Assembly (NCBI RefSeq): GCF_947563725.1
Contig: NC_079163.1
Coordinates: 54,886,922-54,950,921 of the forward strand
Source: Argiope bruennichi
Lineage: Eukaryota
Reading direction: 5' to 3'
Length of the DNA stretch: 64,000 bases
Part shown: piece after piece, positions 24,647-37,876 of the stretch
Numbering within the stretch: the first letter of the stretch is position 1
How the letters are laid out: each line of letters begins with the position of its first letter
The notes under the pieces: generated by a model
What the model saw: the letters and a program-made list of their open reading frames with translations, nothing else
Databases searched by the model: none
What the model was told of the DNA's origin: nothing
Position numbers and translations under genes: made by a program

Positions 24647-26256
24647 CGCTTTGCCTTGTAATCTTGTAAACAGAAGGATTAGAATAAGTTTGTTTGTATT
24701 TTAACTACTTGGAATATATTGTTAGAAATGTAAATATCTTAGACGAGTTCGTAAATGGCTCATCTAGCTGAAAGGGGGTGGAAATGGTTAGGAGGTTGAA
24801 ATTTTCAAATTTTCATTTCGTTATAACTTTCTTAATTTTAACGATAGAATCATAAATTTATTTAGCAAAATTATCGCCTCTTTAAGACGATATATATATA
24901 AACGAATGATCAGTGAAGAACTTGAAGAAATTTTTCCGAAGTCTTGTCATGAGAACCAATGACTGTTTAAGAACTTTCTTTCACCTAATATTCATTGCGG
25001 CTTCTCCACATTCTGCATAATAATTGTAAAAGTAAACGAAAGGATTTATAATTATAGCTAATTAATAATCCAAAGTAATAGCTATTGGAAAAGTTTTCTC
25101 TGTTTTATCTTAGTCATATTTTTCCCCCAGATGAATTTCAACATATGATACACCGATACTGAATTTCGCCGTCTATTTTAATAACGGCAGAGTAAATAGC
25201 TGCAATTTCGCATAGCAGTTTTCAAATTGTTACATGAATTCGATTGGAAAACTAAGTTTTTTTTTTGGTTCATAAAATTTTTAAGATAAAAATTCAATGG
25301 ACTCTCTGTTTTAATATGATGTAAATATCTTTTGAGAAACGGATAGCATTCGGATATTCTTTTTGATAAATTTTACAAAAAATTATATCACCGAAAAATG
25401 GCACAAAATAAAATGGCGATTTTTAATACTTACAACTAAACTTGAAAGAAATTACAGCTCTGTAACTGAAAAAGTTATAGCTGAAAACTTACCTAAGCTA
25501 TGCATTGGATCGGAAAGCACATATTGGCGTTTTCAACATTATAGAAGAGACTGAAGATAAATTTTCTTTGTTCAAATCTTTGTTCCACTTTTTGCATTAT
25601 TTCATACTAGTTGAGTCAGCAAAGAGTAAAAATTAAGTAAGTTCTCTATAATTAAAATATGTGCTCAGTTTTTTTTTTTTTTTTTAACTTTCTGTATTTA
25701 CGCGAATGCAATAGCTGTTCTTTTAGTTCTTGTGTTATGTGCGTGCGTTTTTCACAAGCCACTGCTCCTTAACTATTTGCGAAAACATAAAATTCTTTTG
25801 ATACATAGCCATAAAAATTGCTAGTTATACGATTTTGATACATTGCAGTTGCTATTTCTCTAGTTTGAAAAATGAGTTCAGGTTCATGACATTACCATTA
25901 TACTCATACTAAAATAACTAACTAATAACTTTTCAGTAATTTTCAGATAACACTGCCATCATTATTGAAAAGATTTTGTAAATTCGGTTGTCTGTACTTG
26001 TATCAATTTACGCATTGATTTAGTAACATATGCTATTGAGCATCATTTTGTATTACATTCTGAATAAAGATAAATAACTTGAGTTAAATGCAATATTGAA
26101 CTATTATTGGTCGTAGAATACTGTTTGTCTCATTTATCGTAGATTTCCATCAGTTGACTGACAAATTATATTTATTTTATTTAATTACATACTTATCTTA
26201 TTTATCGAGCAAATGATCTAAAATGATAATAGAAAAGAAGTATTAAATTCACTAAC

Positions 26257-26529
26257 CAGGCCATCACGGTCCATAATAGTGATTTTCCAACCCCAGTCTT
26301 CATTTTGAACCACATCGTTGATTCGATTCACCGTATAGCAATCAATAGATAACGAATGAGCAAAAGTGATGACGTCCATGTCATGATTAAGACCAAGAAC
26401 ATTCTGATATTTGATTTCAGCTTGCCTCAAAGCCTCTATGATGGTCATCAAGGGAGACACCGTGACAGTGATGTCACGATTGATTGGGTTCAAATCGTCA
26501 CCAGAATTCACTCGAATAGTTGCTCCAAC
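26257..26529 (-). CDS. Internal coding exon (91 codons, phase 0 to 0) of a minus-strand gene, encoding a cysteine-poor globular segment of unknown family
   Basis: Acceptor on the minus strand is atatatgttttttttttaattactttcAG|GTTGGAGCA. Donor is GATGGCCTG|GTTAGTgaat. The open frame reads VGATIRVNSGDDLNPINRDITVTVSPLMTIIEALRQAEIKYQNVLGLNHDMDVITFAHSLSIDCYTVNRINDVVQNEDWGWKITIMDRDGL. Composition is non-repetitive and not AT-biased, and the frame is continuous with the exon at 29107-29481. Confidence 0.6.
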
Positions 26530-29106
26530 CTGAAAGTAATTAAAAAAAAAACATATATGATCAAGGGAAGTTTGCGAGTGCCATCATTACAGGTTTATAT
26601 CAAAAAGCATGCCGCCTTTTATGTATTTATTTATTTTGAAATATGAGTCCTGATTTCAAGATGTATGATAAGTATGAATTTTGGAATCATTTGCTCCAAG
26701 CTAAAGTAGATAAAATCTAAACTCAGCGTGAAAAATAACTTAAGCCATGGGCAATGCTTTGTATCAGAGGGCTTTGTATATCGCTTTCTTTCATTATTCC
26801 TAATCTTTTAACAATTCGTAGATCAGAATTACAGCCAAATCAAGATCTCAAATAGGTATATTGACTTTAAAATTCTTTTGTTCAAATAGAATTCTCTTGT
26901 TCAAAATGTTTGTTATATTCAAAATTGAAATATTTTGATATTTTAAATAAAGATAAGACATTTTTTTCTAAAAAAAGATTCTTTTCAGTGTTGTAAAAGT
27001 AAATATATCCCAAGTATTTTCGAATCTTTTTCTTATTTGGATATATAAAAGTGAAATAATTTGGATCTAAAAAAGAGAAATAATTTGAATCTAAAAAAGG
27101 GAAATAAAAGCACAATTATTTTGTCTTCTTGTGTCTTTCCCCTAAGAAAAGAGTTCAGCATATTTATACCCTTCTAGCCCCTTTTATCTAATGTCACTTA
27201 ATCCCTTGCATCTTGCGTTTTTTTTTTCAAAGTTTTTATATTATATTCATATAAAAATGAAAGCACTTTGTAGTATTTATCCTTTCATTTTTAATTTCCT
27301 CATAACTAAGAAAGATGGAATTTGTTGAATGTTACTTTTTGATAATTTATGAACTTGTCAATGCAGATAGAAAGGTTTAAAGAAACATTTTTAATGCAGT
27401 GGCTTATAATTTTATTCACATTTTTGTTAGCAATATACTTTCTTGGAAATTAAAATAGGTTCTTCTTGTTTTTCATATTCATTGTTTTTATCAGTCATAC
27501 TTTTGTATATGAAATTTTTCACATCAATGCTTTATTCAGAAGTTATTTTCCCCTTGTTTCGTTGGGTTTTTTTTTGGGGGGGGGAGCATTTTTTTTCCTC
27601 AAACGGGGGATTCAGTATATTTCCTCTCAGTCTAAAAGCAATCAACCAACTAAATTTTCTTTCTTCTTCTGTTTCGAAATATATACATACAAATAATTTT
27701 TATTATTATACAAAATATGCGATATGAGTATCGTTTCCTGAGATTTTGTTCAAAGTTATAAAAACGTTTCAGCGGAATTTTGTAATAACGGTTTGCTCTA
27801 ATCTTCTATCAGATTAATAATATATCTATCGTGGTTTTGACTTCTTATATTCTGTCGAAGAGAAAATTAACTTAGTCGTATTTGTACATGCAGCTGGCAA
27901 TGAAAGAAACGAAAATAAAAAATAAAGTTACATAAAACTTGCAGGTTTTCACACTTTGTCAGTTTGTCACTTGACATTGTAAGGAAGGCCGGCGAAATAT
28001 ATGAAATACTAATTGTTTCACATTTCAACTAAAATTGCCTAAATATTATACGGAATGCCACATTTTGAATTTACTGATAACATATAATATGAAGCCTAAC
28101 CTTAAAATATTGATTGTTATTTTAATTTATATAATTCCAAAGGATTTTATTTACGATACTGAAGTTAAAATAATTTAATAACTTATTTATCATGTAAGCA
28201 TGACAGTTAATAACATCAAAACTCCTTATATCAGATTTTTGAAAGAAACTCATTTTAATTTACGGAAATAACTAAGAAAATAGCAAATGCGCTAAATTTG
28301 GAAAGTTCTATTAATATATTTTTATGATGGTCTTATTTTCAAGCACGAGCTTAAATCTAATGGAAATATGAGACCTTAAATATTTAAGCGATTTTTTTAG
28401 TAACTTATTGCATTGATTCTTATATTTATCTACTAATGCGCTCTAACCCCCCTCCCCCTTGCAACTTCTTTCAACTATTCCTTAAGTATTTTTTTAATTT
28501 TGCAAGCTTATTGTTATACTTATTGGTAAACAAGAAATCTTGTTTCAGAAATTTCTAGAAATATTTCTAAGAAGCGATAAATATTTCAAACAGAAGTGGA
28601 ATCTTTATCTTTTTTTTTTTTTTTTAATCTGTTGTATTTTCACTCTGAAAGCTTAGCAAATGCAAAATACTTAGCAAGATTTGTTTTAAAACAAGCATTT
28701 ACGAATAAATTAATCAAAACAGTTTTCGAGAGCGCACTTTTATGAATGGACTTAACAGCAGAATTTTTCTCCTTTCATTTACTTTTTACTTTGTAATTAA
28801 TAATTCATTATTATAAATATTATAGATTCTTGTAAACAATTTTTTTCAAATCCACTTCCAGATGGCGGCACTCATAAGGAATCAAAACTTAATTAGATTA
28901 ATAGATTAATGGATAACTAAATTCTGAAAATTTTAAAACAATGTATTAGTATCGAAAAGTGCAACACGTCAGGAAAAGAGAGAAAAACCATTTTAAAAAA
29001 TTCTATCTTTAGAAACATAAAACAAGTTAAATTGAATAAAAGTGTGTAAAAATACAATATGAAGAATTAAGAATAAAATGCATGATGAATAAAGAACAAA
29101 TCTTAC

Positions 29107-29481
29107 CGGTGGTCTTAAGTGGTTGCTTTTCATAGGGATGGGAAAGATGGGAAACACTGCTGGCAAGACATGGTTCACCTTTGGTACAGTAGGTACTACG
29201 TTACCGAATACAAAAGGTGCTTCATTTCTCACTTTTAAGTCTGGTTTCATCATGGGAGGAAACATATTGGGGAAACTGTTTTGAATAGGATCAGCAGGCG
29301 CTACAGGGATTATAACAACATTAGCGTCTTCCTCTTCACTGCCGCTGAGGGGATCATTCGAAGGCAAGGAGTAAGGAGTATTGCTAGGAGCAGGCGGAAA
29401 TCGTGGCTGTGGAGGTACATCCATGATAGAGGGACTAAGCAGTTCAGGAAGAGGAATAGCATCGATGGAATTCAGCATGTT
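29107..29481 (-). CDS. Internal coding exon (125 codons, phase 0 to 0) encoding a proline-rich segment
   Basis: Acceptor is tgtgtgccttttttgcttttttAG|AACATGCTGAATTCC. Donor is TTAAGACCACCG|GTAAGAtttg. The translation is NMLNSIDAIPLPELLSPSIMDVPPQPRFPPAPSNTPYSLPSNDPLSGSEEEDANVVIIPVAPADPIQNSFPNMFPPMMKPDLKVRNEAPFVFGNVVPTVPKVNHVLPAVFPIFPIPMKSNHLRPP. It is the longest open frame in the window, and GC-balanced codon usage is unlike the AT-rich background. Confidence 0.65.
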
Positions 29482-31221
29482 CTAAAAAAGCAAAAAAGGC
29501 ACACAAAAAAAGATTCATCATTATAAATGATGATAGTTGAAAATACAAAATTAATAGTTAGTACATTCGATACTTTTCAAATGTGATATAAATAAAAAAA
29601 TACTTCATTCATGAAAGTTAGTAAAATGTTCAAAATGCAAATAATAATAATAATAATAAATAAATAAAATAAAAATACTTTAAATCTAAATATTTCACGA
29701 ACTCATGGCGCATTCCGTATTTGAGTGTTTTCATAGTAATGATCGATTGTAATGGATTCAATCATTTGTAAGACTCAAACAGCTGGATAATAACAATAGT
29801 TTTATAACACGGTAAAATCTCTCAAACCCAACGCGCAATTAATTGGCAATATTAAAATAAAGGCAGTTTTAATGATATAATTTTAAATCTGAAATTGAGC
29901 CTTATGAGATAAAAAATGAAAGATATGTAATTGATTAGTGATTAGTACTTAATAGTAAAGAAGAAGGGTGGGATGTAAGCCATACTATTTCTGTCATTAT
30001 CTCCCTTTCCTTTGATACCGACAATTGATTTGAAATCGAACATGTGTTGATAACAAAATCGAACTAGTAACCGTATAAAGAGCTCATAAAGAGCATCTTA
30101 AAATTGAAATTATTCTTTAGTAATGAAGTAAAAGCATAAAAATATGATTTCCTGCTTAAAATGTCAAGAAAAACATTCCATATATATATATAGTAAAAGA
30201 GATAATTTTTTTTTTTTTTTTTTACATATATTTACCACAATTCAGTCTCAAAAAAAATATAGCTGATGTTTACTTAAATCCTTTCTTAAAAGCAATGGAA
30301 TTTCTCTTAATTTGTTAAGGTAAAAAGTTAATTGTGAAGGAATGCGCACATTAAGTATTAGCTTTTGTTTCCGATAACCATGTCAAGACAAATTTACGCA
30401 GTAACATTCACAGTCAAAGAAAACTTTTTTATTGAAAGCATTTTTTTTTTAATCTTTTGTTCGCTTCAGTAGCTCTGTTTTCAATAACAGCGCAATAATT
30501 TTATAAATTGACGGAAAAAGGAAGAAAAAAACTTGTTTACATATGTTTGAAATCTATTTTTTTCTTAGAACTGAAAACATTTTTACATTTCCTTAGAAAT
30601 ATTCAATGAATGCTAAATAAATGTTTATTTTCAGCATGGGAGAATATTAAATTGCTAAATGCTACTGTGGACTTTTATAATTATAATTTTAATACCTATA
30701 TTTTTTGCCTATTTCTATTGAATGTAAAAACCAGCTATCTGTAATCATCTGCTAAAAAGAATAAATATTGAAGAGAATTCTTGACTTAAGAGAATAACTT
30801 AAATATTTGAGAGAATTCTTGATATTTAAGAAATTTTTTTTTTCAAAATTAATAAAGTATGTTTTTGTATTTGTTATTTTATGGACGGGAATGCACAGAA
30901 TTCGGCTTTAGATATGCAAACGTTTTATTTCTTATTATTATTCAGTTCCACCATGTTCATTTTTGAGATCTAATGTCGATTCAATTAATCATCTGCTTAA
31001 AAAGTTTTTTTAATAATTGGAAAGTTTTTTTAAAATTCAAGTCAATACCTTCCTTAAGTTCGGCGAAGGGCAAGAAATTCGCCATATTGAGATTTTTTGC
31101 TGTTGTTACGAAAGTAGTCAGGGGAGATGTAAAGATATGCAGTTTCATGAATTACTGAAAAATTGATGTACTGAAGTTGTCCAGAATGCTACTCAAACGA
31201 GTAAGAAACAACGCCTGATGT

Positions 31222-31500
31222 TGGTTGGTTGGTTTGGTTATATTAACGTCCCGTTTTGAAGCAACACAAGGGCTATTTTGGGACGGACCTCGTAATTTTG
31301 AACCGCGGTCAGATGACGAGGACGACATCTGAGCTGGCACCCCCCTCTCCACACCACACCAGCGGGAGGAAGTTTGGTCATGACGGATTTAACGTGCAAC
31401 TGACCCCCTTACGCGACGGTTCTTCGGTGGAATCGGGTCTCGAACCTGAAACCCTCCGGTTCCGAAGCTGAGACCTTACCACCAGGCCACCGCGGCCCGT
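31222..31500 (-). mobile_element. Full-length SINE-A (tRNA-derived) insertion flanked by a 16-bp target-site duplication AAACAACGCCTGATGT (31206-31221 and 31501-31516)
   Basis: Minus-strand head: GGGCCGCGGTGGCCTGGTGGTAAGGTCTCAGCTTCGGAACCGGAGGGTTTCAGGTTCGAGACCCG. The A box is TGGCCTGGTGGT and the B box is GGTTCGAGACC. The tail ends in ...TAATATAACCAAACCAACCAACCA. Exact direct repeats abut both ends. ORFs 31152-31352(-) and 31256-31471(+) are internal and spurious. Confidence 0.85.
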
Positions 31501-32933
31501 AAACAACGCCTGATGTACGGCGGATTGGTTTACTGAATCAACACTTCCTCATTTGGGCAGGCGACATCTATAAAGGGGAACAAATAATCATGAAGCAGCT
31601 GATAATAGCATTTCCTGTTCAATTTGGCTAATTTAATCCGGGCAAAAGAAATGCTCTTCATATCATTATAGAACCATCAATTTTTGCGGTACCTTGTTGG
31701 GAAGTTTGGTCCGTAGTCTTCTGACCCTTTTTCATTTACCTAAGATCAAATGCCTATAATTAATTCCATCACAAGTTGAAATGCCACTTGTCAATGATAA
31801 GCAGTGGGTAAAAGCACTCGGTTTTCAGCTGCCTTATTTCTGCACCGATGCAGTCTTTTGCTGCCATACCTCATAAACTCCAAAGTTTTCTTTTTTGCTG
31901 CTGGTCGCCAGATTCTATTATATACGTCATTAAATTTGATAAGGTGGCGCAGTGTCATTCGCCTACTCACATGAATACGTTAGATAAGATATTTTAATAA
32001 TAATAATTTTAATTCTCTGACTGCTAATTTTTAAATTACTATTTAAGTAGTAGTAACAAACAAGTTCAAATATTTTTTTTTAATGAAACGAATTTTTATT
32101 ACATGTTACCCATTAATAATACGATATATTGTTAATATAGTTAAAATGGTTAAATACATTAATATTTAAGTTAAATGATAATAGTTAAAAATGTAATAGT
32201 AGAAAATATTAGCCTACGAAAATCGTAGGATGCAGTAGAAAACAGCCTGACTTCCAATCCTTGAAAATCTCGTGATAAGGATTTGGAAGGTTACAAATAT
32301 CGATTTCATTAAATAACTAAATAATTCTAATAAATAAAGAGTATTAGAACTTAGAATAAAAAGATAAAACTTTAAAATCAGCAATAGAATTTACATTTGA
32401 AATTTTGAAATTTTTATAGAATTAGAATTTTTTTTATTGTTTTAGATAAATTGATTATAAACTGTTATGAGAACTAAGAACCATAGAAAAATATTCACTA
32501 GCCATCACTGATCACAAATGGTAGTGACGTATTTAACTAATGAAAAATAATTCAAGTACAAAAATAACTTATTACAATTTTTAGATTTGATTTCGAATTA
32601 ATTAAATAAATTCTAATTATGGAGGATTTTTAAAGTTATGATAAAAAGAAAATTCAATAACTAAAGAAAAATTCGAATTGCAGAAGAATTCGAATTAGTT
32701 AAATTCCACGATTTATGAACTATTTTTAAGTTCATTAGGATCATATTGAGGATTATTTGACTGAGAGTGTTGTAGCTTTCATGGCAATGTCCACTTGAGT
32801 TGCTATTGACTGTAGTTATTTTCAGCTACGAGTAAAAAGAGAGAGAGAACGGAAATGGGGAAGAAAAACTATTCAAATGTAAAGAAGAGAAACCATATCC
32901 AATTAACTTTCACCGGAAGGAAAGAAGTCTTAC

Positions 32934-33305
32934 CTCTTCAATTTCCTCTCTGTTCTTCATCCTTTTATACAGCGTCTTCAAAATCGCAAATGGATTTGTT
33001 CCTTTTCTCAGTGCGACTGCTTCGATGAGGTCTTGTAGGTCATTCAAGCCCACGCTGTCGACAATTTCTTCCATGTCGCATCCGACGACCCGATTACTTT
33101 GCAGTGCCATCCTGTTCGCCGAGGTTTTCAGAGGATCCAGATTGTTTTCCATGTCCGACAGTTGCTTGATTGCATTGAACTGCGGATAGTTGGAGATGGA
33201 AGAGTGGACGACTCCCATCAGCAGAAGGAAAGCGACGGAAGGAGAGAACATCCTTGGGATGCTGGAAGAGGGACAGACTCAAAGAAAAGCTTCACTGGGG
33301 GGATT
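32934..33305 (-). CDS. First coding exon of the minus-strand gene: ATG at 33251-33249, CDS 33251-32934 (106 codons); the exon starts at a 3' splice site at 33305, which implies an upstream non-coding exon
   Basis: Minus strand reads tttttttttctctAG|AATCCCCCCAGTGAAGC...TTTGAGTCTGTCCCTCTTCCAGCATCCCAAGG ATG, with an in-frame TGA 30 nt upstream of the ATG. The translation is MFSPSVAFLLLMGVVHSSISNYPQFNAIKQLSDMENNLDPLKTSANRMALQSNRVVGCDMEEIVDSVGLNDLQDLIEAVALRKGTNPFAILKTLYKRMKNREEIEE. Donor is GAAATTGAAGAG|GTAAGActtc. The hydrophobic N-terminus VAFLLLMGVV looks like a signal peptide. Confidence 0.6.
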
Positions 33306-34429
33306 CTAGAGAAAAAAAAATATTTTATTAATAGAAGGCAGATATATAATTATTTTCGTTATCCTACATAACGCACTTTTTATTATGGATTTGATTTGCT
33401 ATGCAGCTATGCGTGGGCTGATTTCCAGACTTCCACGCCACACAGGAATGAAGGTATTTTCCTCATAACAAAAAATTTAAATCACTTCTCGGATTAAAAT
33501 ACAATATTGTTAGATTAACAGCAGCAGTAGCACTTGATTTCATTTGTATAGAAAATGGGTTAATTTAAGGTATCCAACTAGGTTTCAAAGATGCTTTTTC
33601 CAGTAAAGTTTGAAATATTTTTTATGATTTGAAAATAAAGTGCAAATTTTGTAGATTCAAAAGCAGACTTTGTTTTTAATATATGTAAGATAGAACTATT
33701 GGTACAGTAGTTTCAATAATACACAAGAAAGAAAAATGAAATCGGAAAAAGTGGTATTTTTAAACGAAAATGAGTGATTTAGTTCAGTTTTACCTTAAAA
33801 GATTTTTTTACCTTATCCAAAATAATATTTGATATGCTTATATTAACTCTCTACATACTCAGCCATAGTTTGCTTATTTTTGGCAATTCTATTAAAAAAG
33901 CATGAAAATACATTCGTTTCCAGCGCATCTGGATGAACTAATTTAAAAGTGCAATGTTTAAACGCATTTTCTGTACAATGAATATTTCACTGTGATTGAT
34001 TCACGGGAAAAAATGATATCTCAAAATCAATTTAATGAAATTTGGTATACATATATCCAAAACCTTTGAGGGTGTGATAAACCGCTTCATATAGACATAT
34101 TTTACAGACACTTTAAATTCAAAACACAGACAAATTTTGACAAAAAAATTATTAACGACAACTTCAAATGCTCATAAAATTTTATTTATTAAAATAATTT
34201 TTCCTAGCATTTCCTAGTATTTCCTAGCACTGAAAATGTTGCTAAATTTTCATTAAATAAACAATCTTTTCAGAAACTAAAGGCAATGAGCATATTTTTT
34301 TCTCCGAATAGTGACCTTTCAAGTCTGTTTTAGATATTTGATACAATAAAAAATGTTTATGTATCATTTTTTTAAGAATTCGTCTCCGAACCTAGTCGGA
34401 TAATTTTATGAAAATGCTTACGATAGATC

Positions 34430-34735
34430 ATAAGGGAAATATAACATAAGGGAAAATTTAAATGCTCCATATTCGCATTACTGCAGATCTGCACATAGTT
34501 TGAGTAATAAGGGAAATAGTAAGTGCAGCAAATATGCATCTTTACAATCCTGCACATATTTTGTCTAACCAGGAAAGGTTTGAGTGCTGCAACTATACAT
34601 CACTGCAGACTTGCACATCCTTTGACTTATTAGGGGAAATATGAATGCCTCAAATATGCATTGATGCAGACTTGTACATTTTTGGATTAATAAAGGACAA
34701 TATGAGTACTGTAAATATGCATCGCTACGTAGCAT
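34430..34735. repeat. Minisatellite, about five copies of a roughly 60-bp unit (aagggaaata..aagtgc[a/t]gcaaatatgcat..ctgcagatctgcacat..tttg...)
   Basis: Direct reading of successive units. Each unit contains the motifs atgcatc, ctgcaga[tc]ctgcacat and taa[gt]gg[ag]aaat. Confidence 0.85.
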
Positions 34736-35384
34736 AGGATTAAACATGATTTGTTAATAAAGATATAATATCACTTCTGAGAATGAAACATTGGCTGCAG
34801 GAGGAAAATTGGAAAATAGGAGTTTAACAATGACTACCCGAATATATTTAAAGCTTACAATTTGAGCTCAGCTATATCAGGAATGTTATGTAAAATATTT
34901 ATGATTATGAGCAGAGAATTATCCTTCTTTGTAAGCATGTTTGAAATAGATGAAAAGCTGGGAAATGAACGATGAATCTAATGTTACTTAAATATTCTAG
35001 TTATATCTATTCAATAATATCACAGGAACATAATTAATTCCTTTTATAAAAAATTTTCAGGCATTCATCAACTTCAGGTATTCCTCTCAGCTCATGATAT
35101 ATTTGCCAACATTCTCAGAATGATGACGGCATAAAAGGAAATATTAATAAAAAAAAAACAGTGACTTTTAGTATGGAGAACTAGTCACCCACTCCTACAT
35201 TTATATCAAGAAGTCAGATTCCTTGGGAGAATACATGAATTCTTGGAGAATCTTTGATATGATTCCGAACCCATTTGCTGAAAATATCTACCTTGTTGAT
35301 CTGTTGTTGCCGTTTGCCGTTGCTCCGCATTTTTGGTAAATATCTTTCTCATATATTTTCAGAATGGTATGTCTCTGTTTGTAC

Positions 35385-35396
35385 GGGGGGGGGGGG
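35385..35396. repeat. G12 homopolymer
   Basis: gtttgtacggggggggggggtgataatagg read directly. Confidence 0.9.
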
Positions 35397-37002
35397 TGAT
35401 AATAGGCATCTTTTCTCATATCGAGAGTTAAGATTCCTTTCAAGATGGTAGGTAAATAAGCAATAAATAGAATCAATACATTTAGTGAAAACGTGAATAG
35501 ATTCTGTGGGCCTCATTTTATTTGATAACAGCCTTGTATTATTTGTTTAGAAAAAAAATTAAAAAATTTGTTCTGCAAAAATTTTTTTAACTTGTATAGA
35601 TTTCAAGAGTAAGCAAAATAAATAGATAAATAATTTTTTTTAATGAAAAGCTTTTTTTTTGTAGTTTTTTTAAGTAAGTCTACCCCTTCCCCCTCCAAAG
35701 GCATGTGCACTTAATTTTCGTTTTGACTTCGTTAGCATTGCATGTTTTATTGATTAAAATTAATTGATTTGCAATTTTTTTGTCACTTTAAAGAAAAACT
35801 GGCATCTCAAAGAATCACAGATTTATGCTTTATTTTTCTGATGCTATTGCAATGATTGTAGCCTCAAATCAAATGTAAATGAAAGAATTACTTTAAAAGT
35901 TTAATTACAAATGAAACATTGACATAAATATTTGCATCAAGATGTTAATTAGAATTTATATAAAAAAGAAAACCACGAAGTATATGATTAAAATAATACT
36001 ATATCCTATTAAGAGTTTTTCGATTGAATAAAACTGAAATTAATTGAGTAAATAATATTTATAGGAAATTATTATGCAGCAGCTTTTGACAACACAGATT
36101 TCAGCAGATTTTTGAAGGATTCATGGGTAAAAAAATGTTTCAATTTAAGTGCAAATTTCCTGATGATAAAGTATATAAAAAGGTGATTAGCTAGTTTTAT
36201 CATTTTATTTCATTACTTTGTCTCATCTCTAGAATACTCTTTTTCTTTACAATAAAATATGTTGCAAAAGTTATTTTTTCTTTAATAATGAATTCCTTTC
36301 ATAAAAATTCATCTTTTCATTTCATATACAAATATAATTTCTGTCTTCTAGATTTGCGACTTGAATTTTAATAATAATAATAAAGAAACATTTTCCTGCT
36401 ATTTAATTTATACACTCAGCAACTATTTATGGAATGCTTTCTTTTTTTATATAAACTGACTACCTAAAATATTTTGAGGTGGGCGGTAACATTATTATTA
36501 TTTTTTTTTTTTTTTTGCACGAGTATTTAGGTATGTGGTTATAGAAAAATAACCTCTTTAAATAAGGGATGAAATTAAATCTCATTATTATTATTATTAT
36601 TTTGTAAAAAAGAAAGCTTTCTCCCGACGTTACATTGTTTTTAACCTCATTTTGTTAGTCCTCTATTTTTAATTGTTAGAAATTAAAGATAAACGATTTT
36701 TATTTTCAACGGTTAGAATTTCTTATCTATAAATTATAATGTAAAAACAATAATTTCTAATTAAAACAGTGAAAAATCACCTTTTAATGTATTATGAGCA
36801 AATTATACTGCAAAACATAAATTGAAAAAAAACATCGTTCCTCTTTATTTTTATGTGATCTTCTTATCAATTGACTATTAAGCTTCCCAGAGAATTCTGT
36901 ATGTAACTCTAATTATTATAAAATCTGTAATATTTGTTATTTCAAGGACTTATCCTTTATATATTCAGCTAGATACTTGTGGAGCAGCTCGGTTTCATCA
37001 AA

Positions 37003-37140
37003 GTATTGTTTTGAAGGGATTTGAGGGATATTTTGTGACCGATCTCTTAATTTTGAACCGTGATAAAATGATGAGCACGATATCTGAGCAGGTACTCACT
37101 CTCAATTAACACATCAGTTGGGGGACAAGAGGTCAACCAG
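37003..37140 (-). mobile_element. SINE-A family fragment (body only)
   Basis: gttttgaagggatttgagggatattttgtgaccgatctcttaattttgaaccgtgataaaatgatgagcacgatatctgagcagg aligns with the + strand of the 31222-31500 copy (cccgttttgaagcaacacaagggctattttgggacggacctcgtaattttgaaccgcggtcagatgacgaggacgacatctgagctgg). Confidence 0.55.
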
Positions 37141-37876
37141 TAGAACGAGAATAGCGTATAACATTCTTTGTTCAATAAATATATGAACTAAGACATTAAG
37201 ATTGGCTTGAGATACGTGTGACCCTGACCTTGTCTGCTTTGAAAAAACTCTCGGAAAATTCATAAAGAGTTTAATGGTGTCCATGGCTATTGCATATTGA
37301 AGAAAATAGTTCCGTTCAAATGCATCAAGTATTTCAGTGAAGTTCGTGATGATTACAAAAATGATGGAGGAAACCTGCTTTGTAATTTGATGAAAAGAGT
37401 CGCAGCAGTTGAATATTCAGACTTTTGAGAATTTCCAGGAATATGTTGAACAGTGGAAATAGAGAGTGGGTAAAAGGAGCATTTTATAAGAAGAAAAATT
37501 AGTTTATTTAAATTTTGTGAACTTACATTCTTACTACACAGTTTGCGTATTTATTAAACAAAATACGTAATTAACCATTTTCTTTGTTCTGGCACGGCAT
37601 ATAAAGAAGAGGGACTAATGAACGGTCTTTATTTTTTCTAACAGATAGATCGTACCTCTTAAGATGAAAGATTACTGTTTGGAGTGCGTCGTGATTGGGC
37701 TTGTTTCACACGAAGTACAATCCCTCTCAGTGGCCTACCATTAAAATTTTGAGTGTTATGGTATGTTGCGAGGTCTCAGATTTCGTTTTTTAGTTATTTC
37801 TCTTCTACATAAATATTTATCTTCAATAATTTTCTTATTGGTTCTAACTTCTTATTAATTTTGATGTATGTCCCAT

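Noticed and set aside
25363-25554. ORF 25363-25554(+) (…YITEKWHKIKWRF…), considered as a transposase N-terminal fragment
   Set aside because: No motif could be matched in any frame. The DNA is AT-rich and lacks repeat-family support.
26356-26646. ORF 26356-26646(+)
   Set aside because: Antisense to the well-supported minus-strand exon at 26257-26529 and has no splice or start context. Likewise 29281-29526(+) is antisense to exon 29107-29481, and 33099-33371(+) and 33094-33282(-) overlap the first coding exon in other frames.
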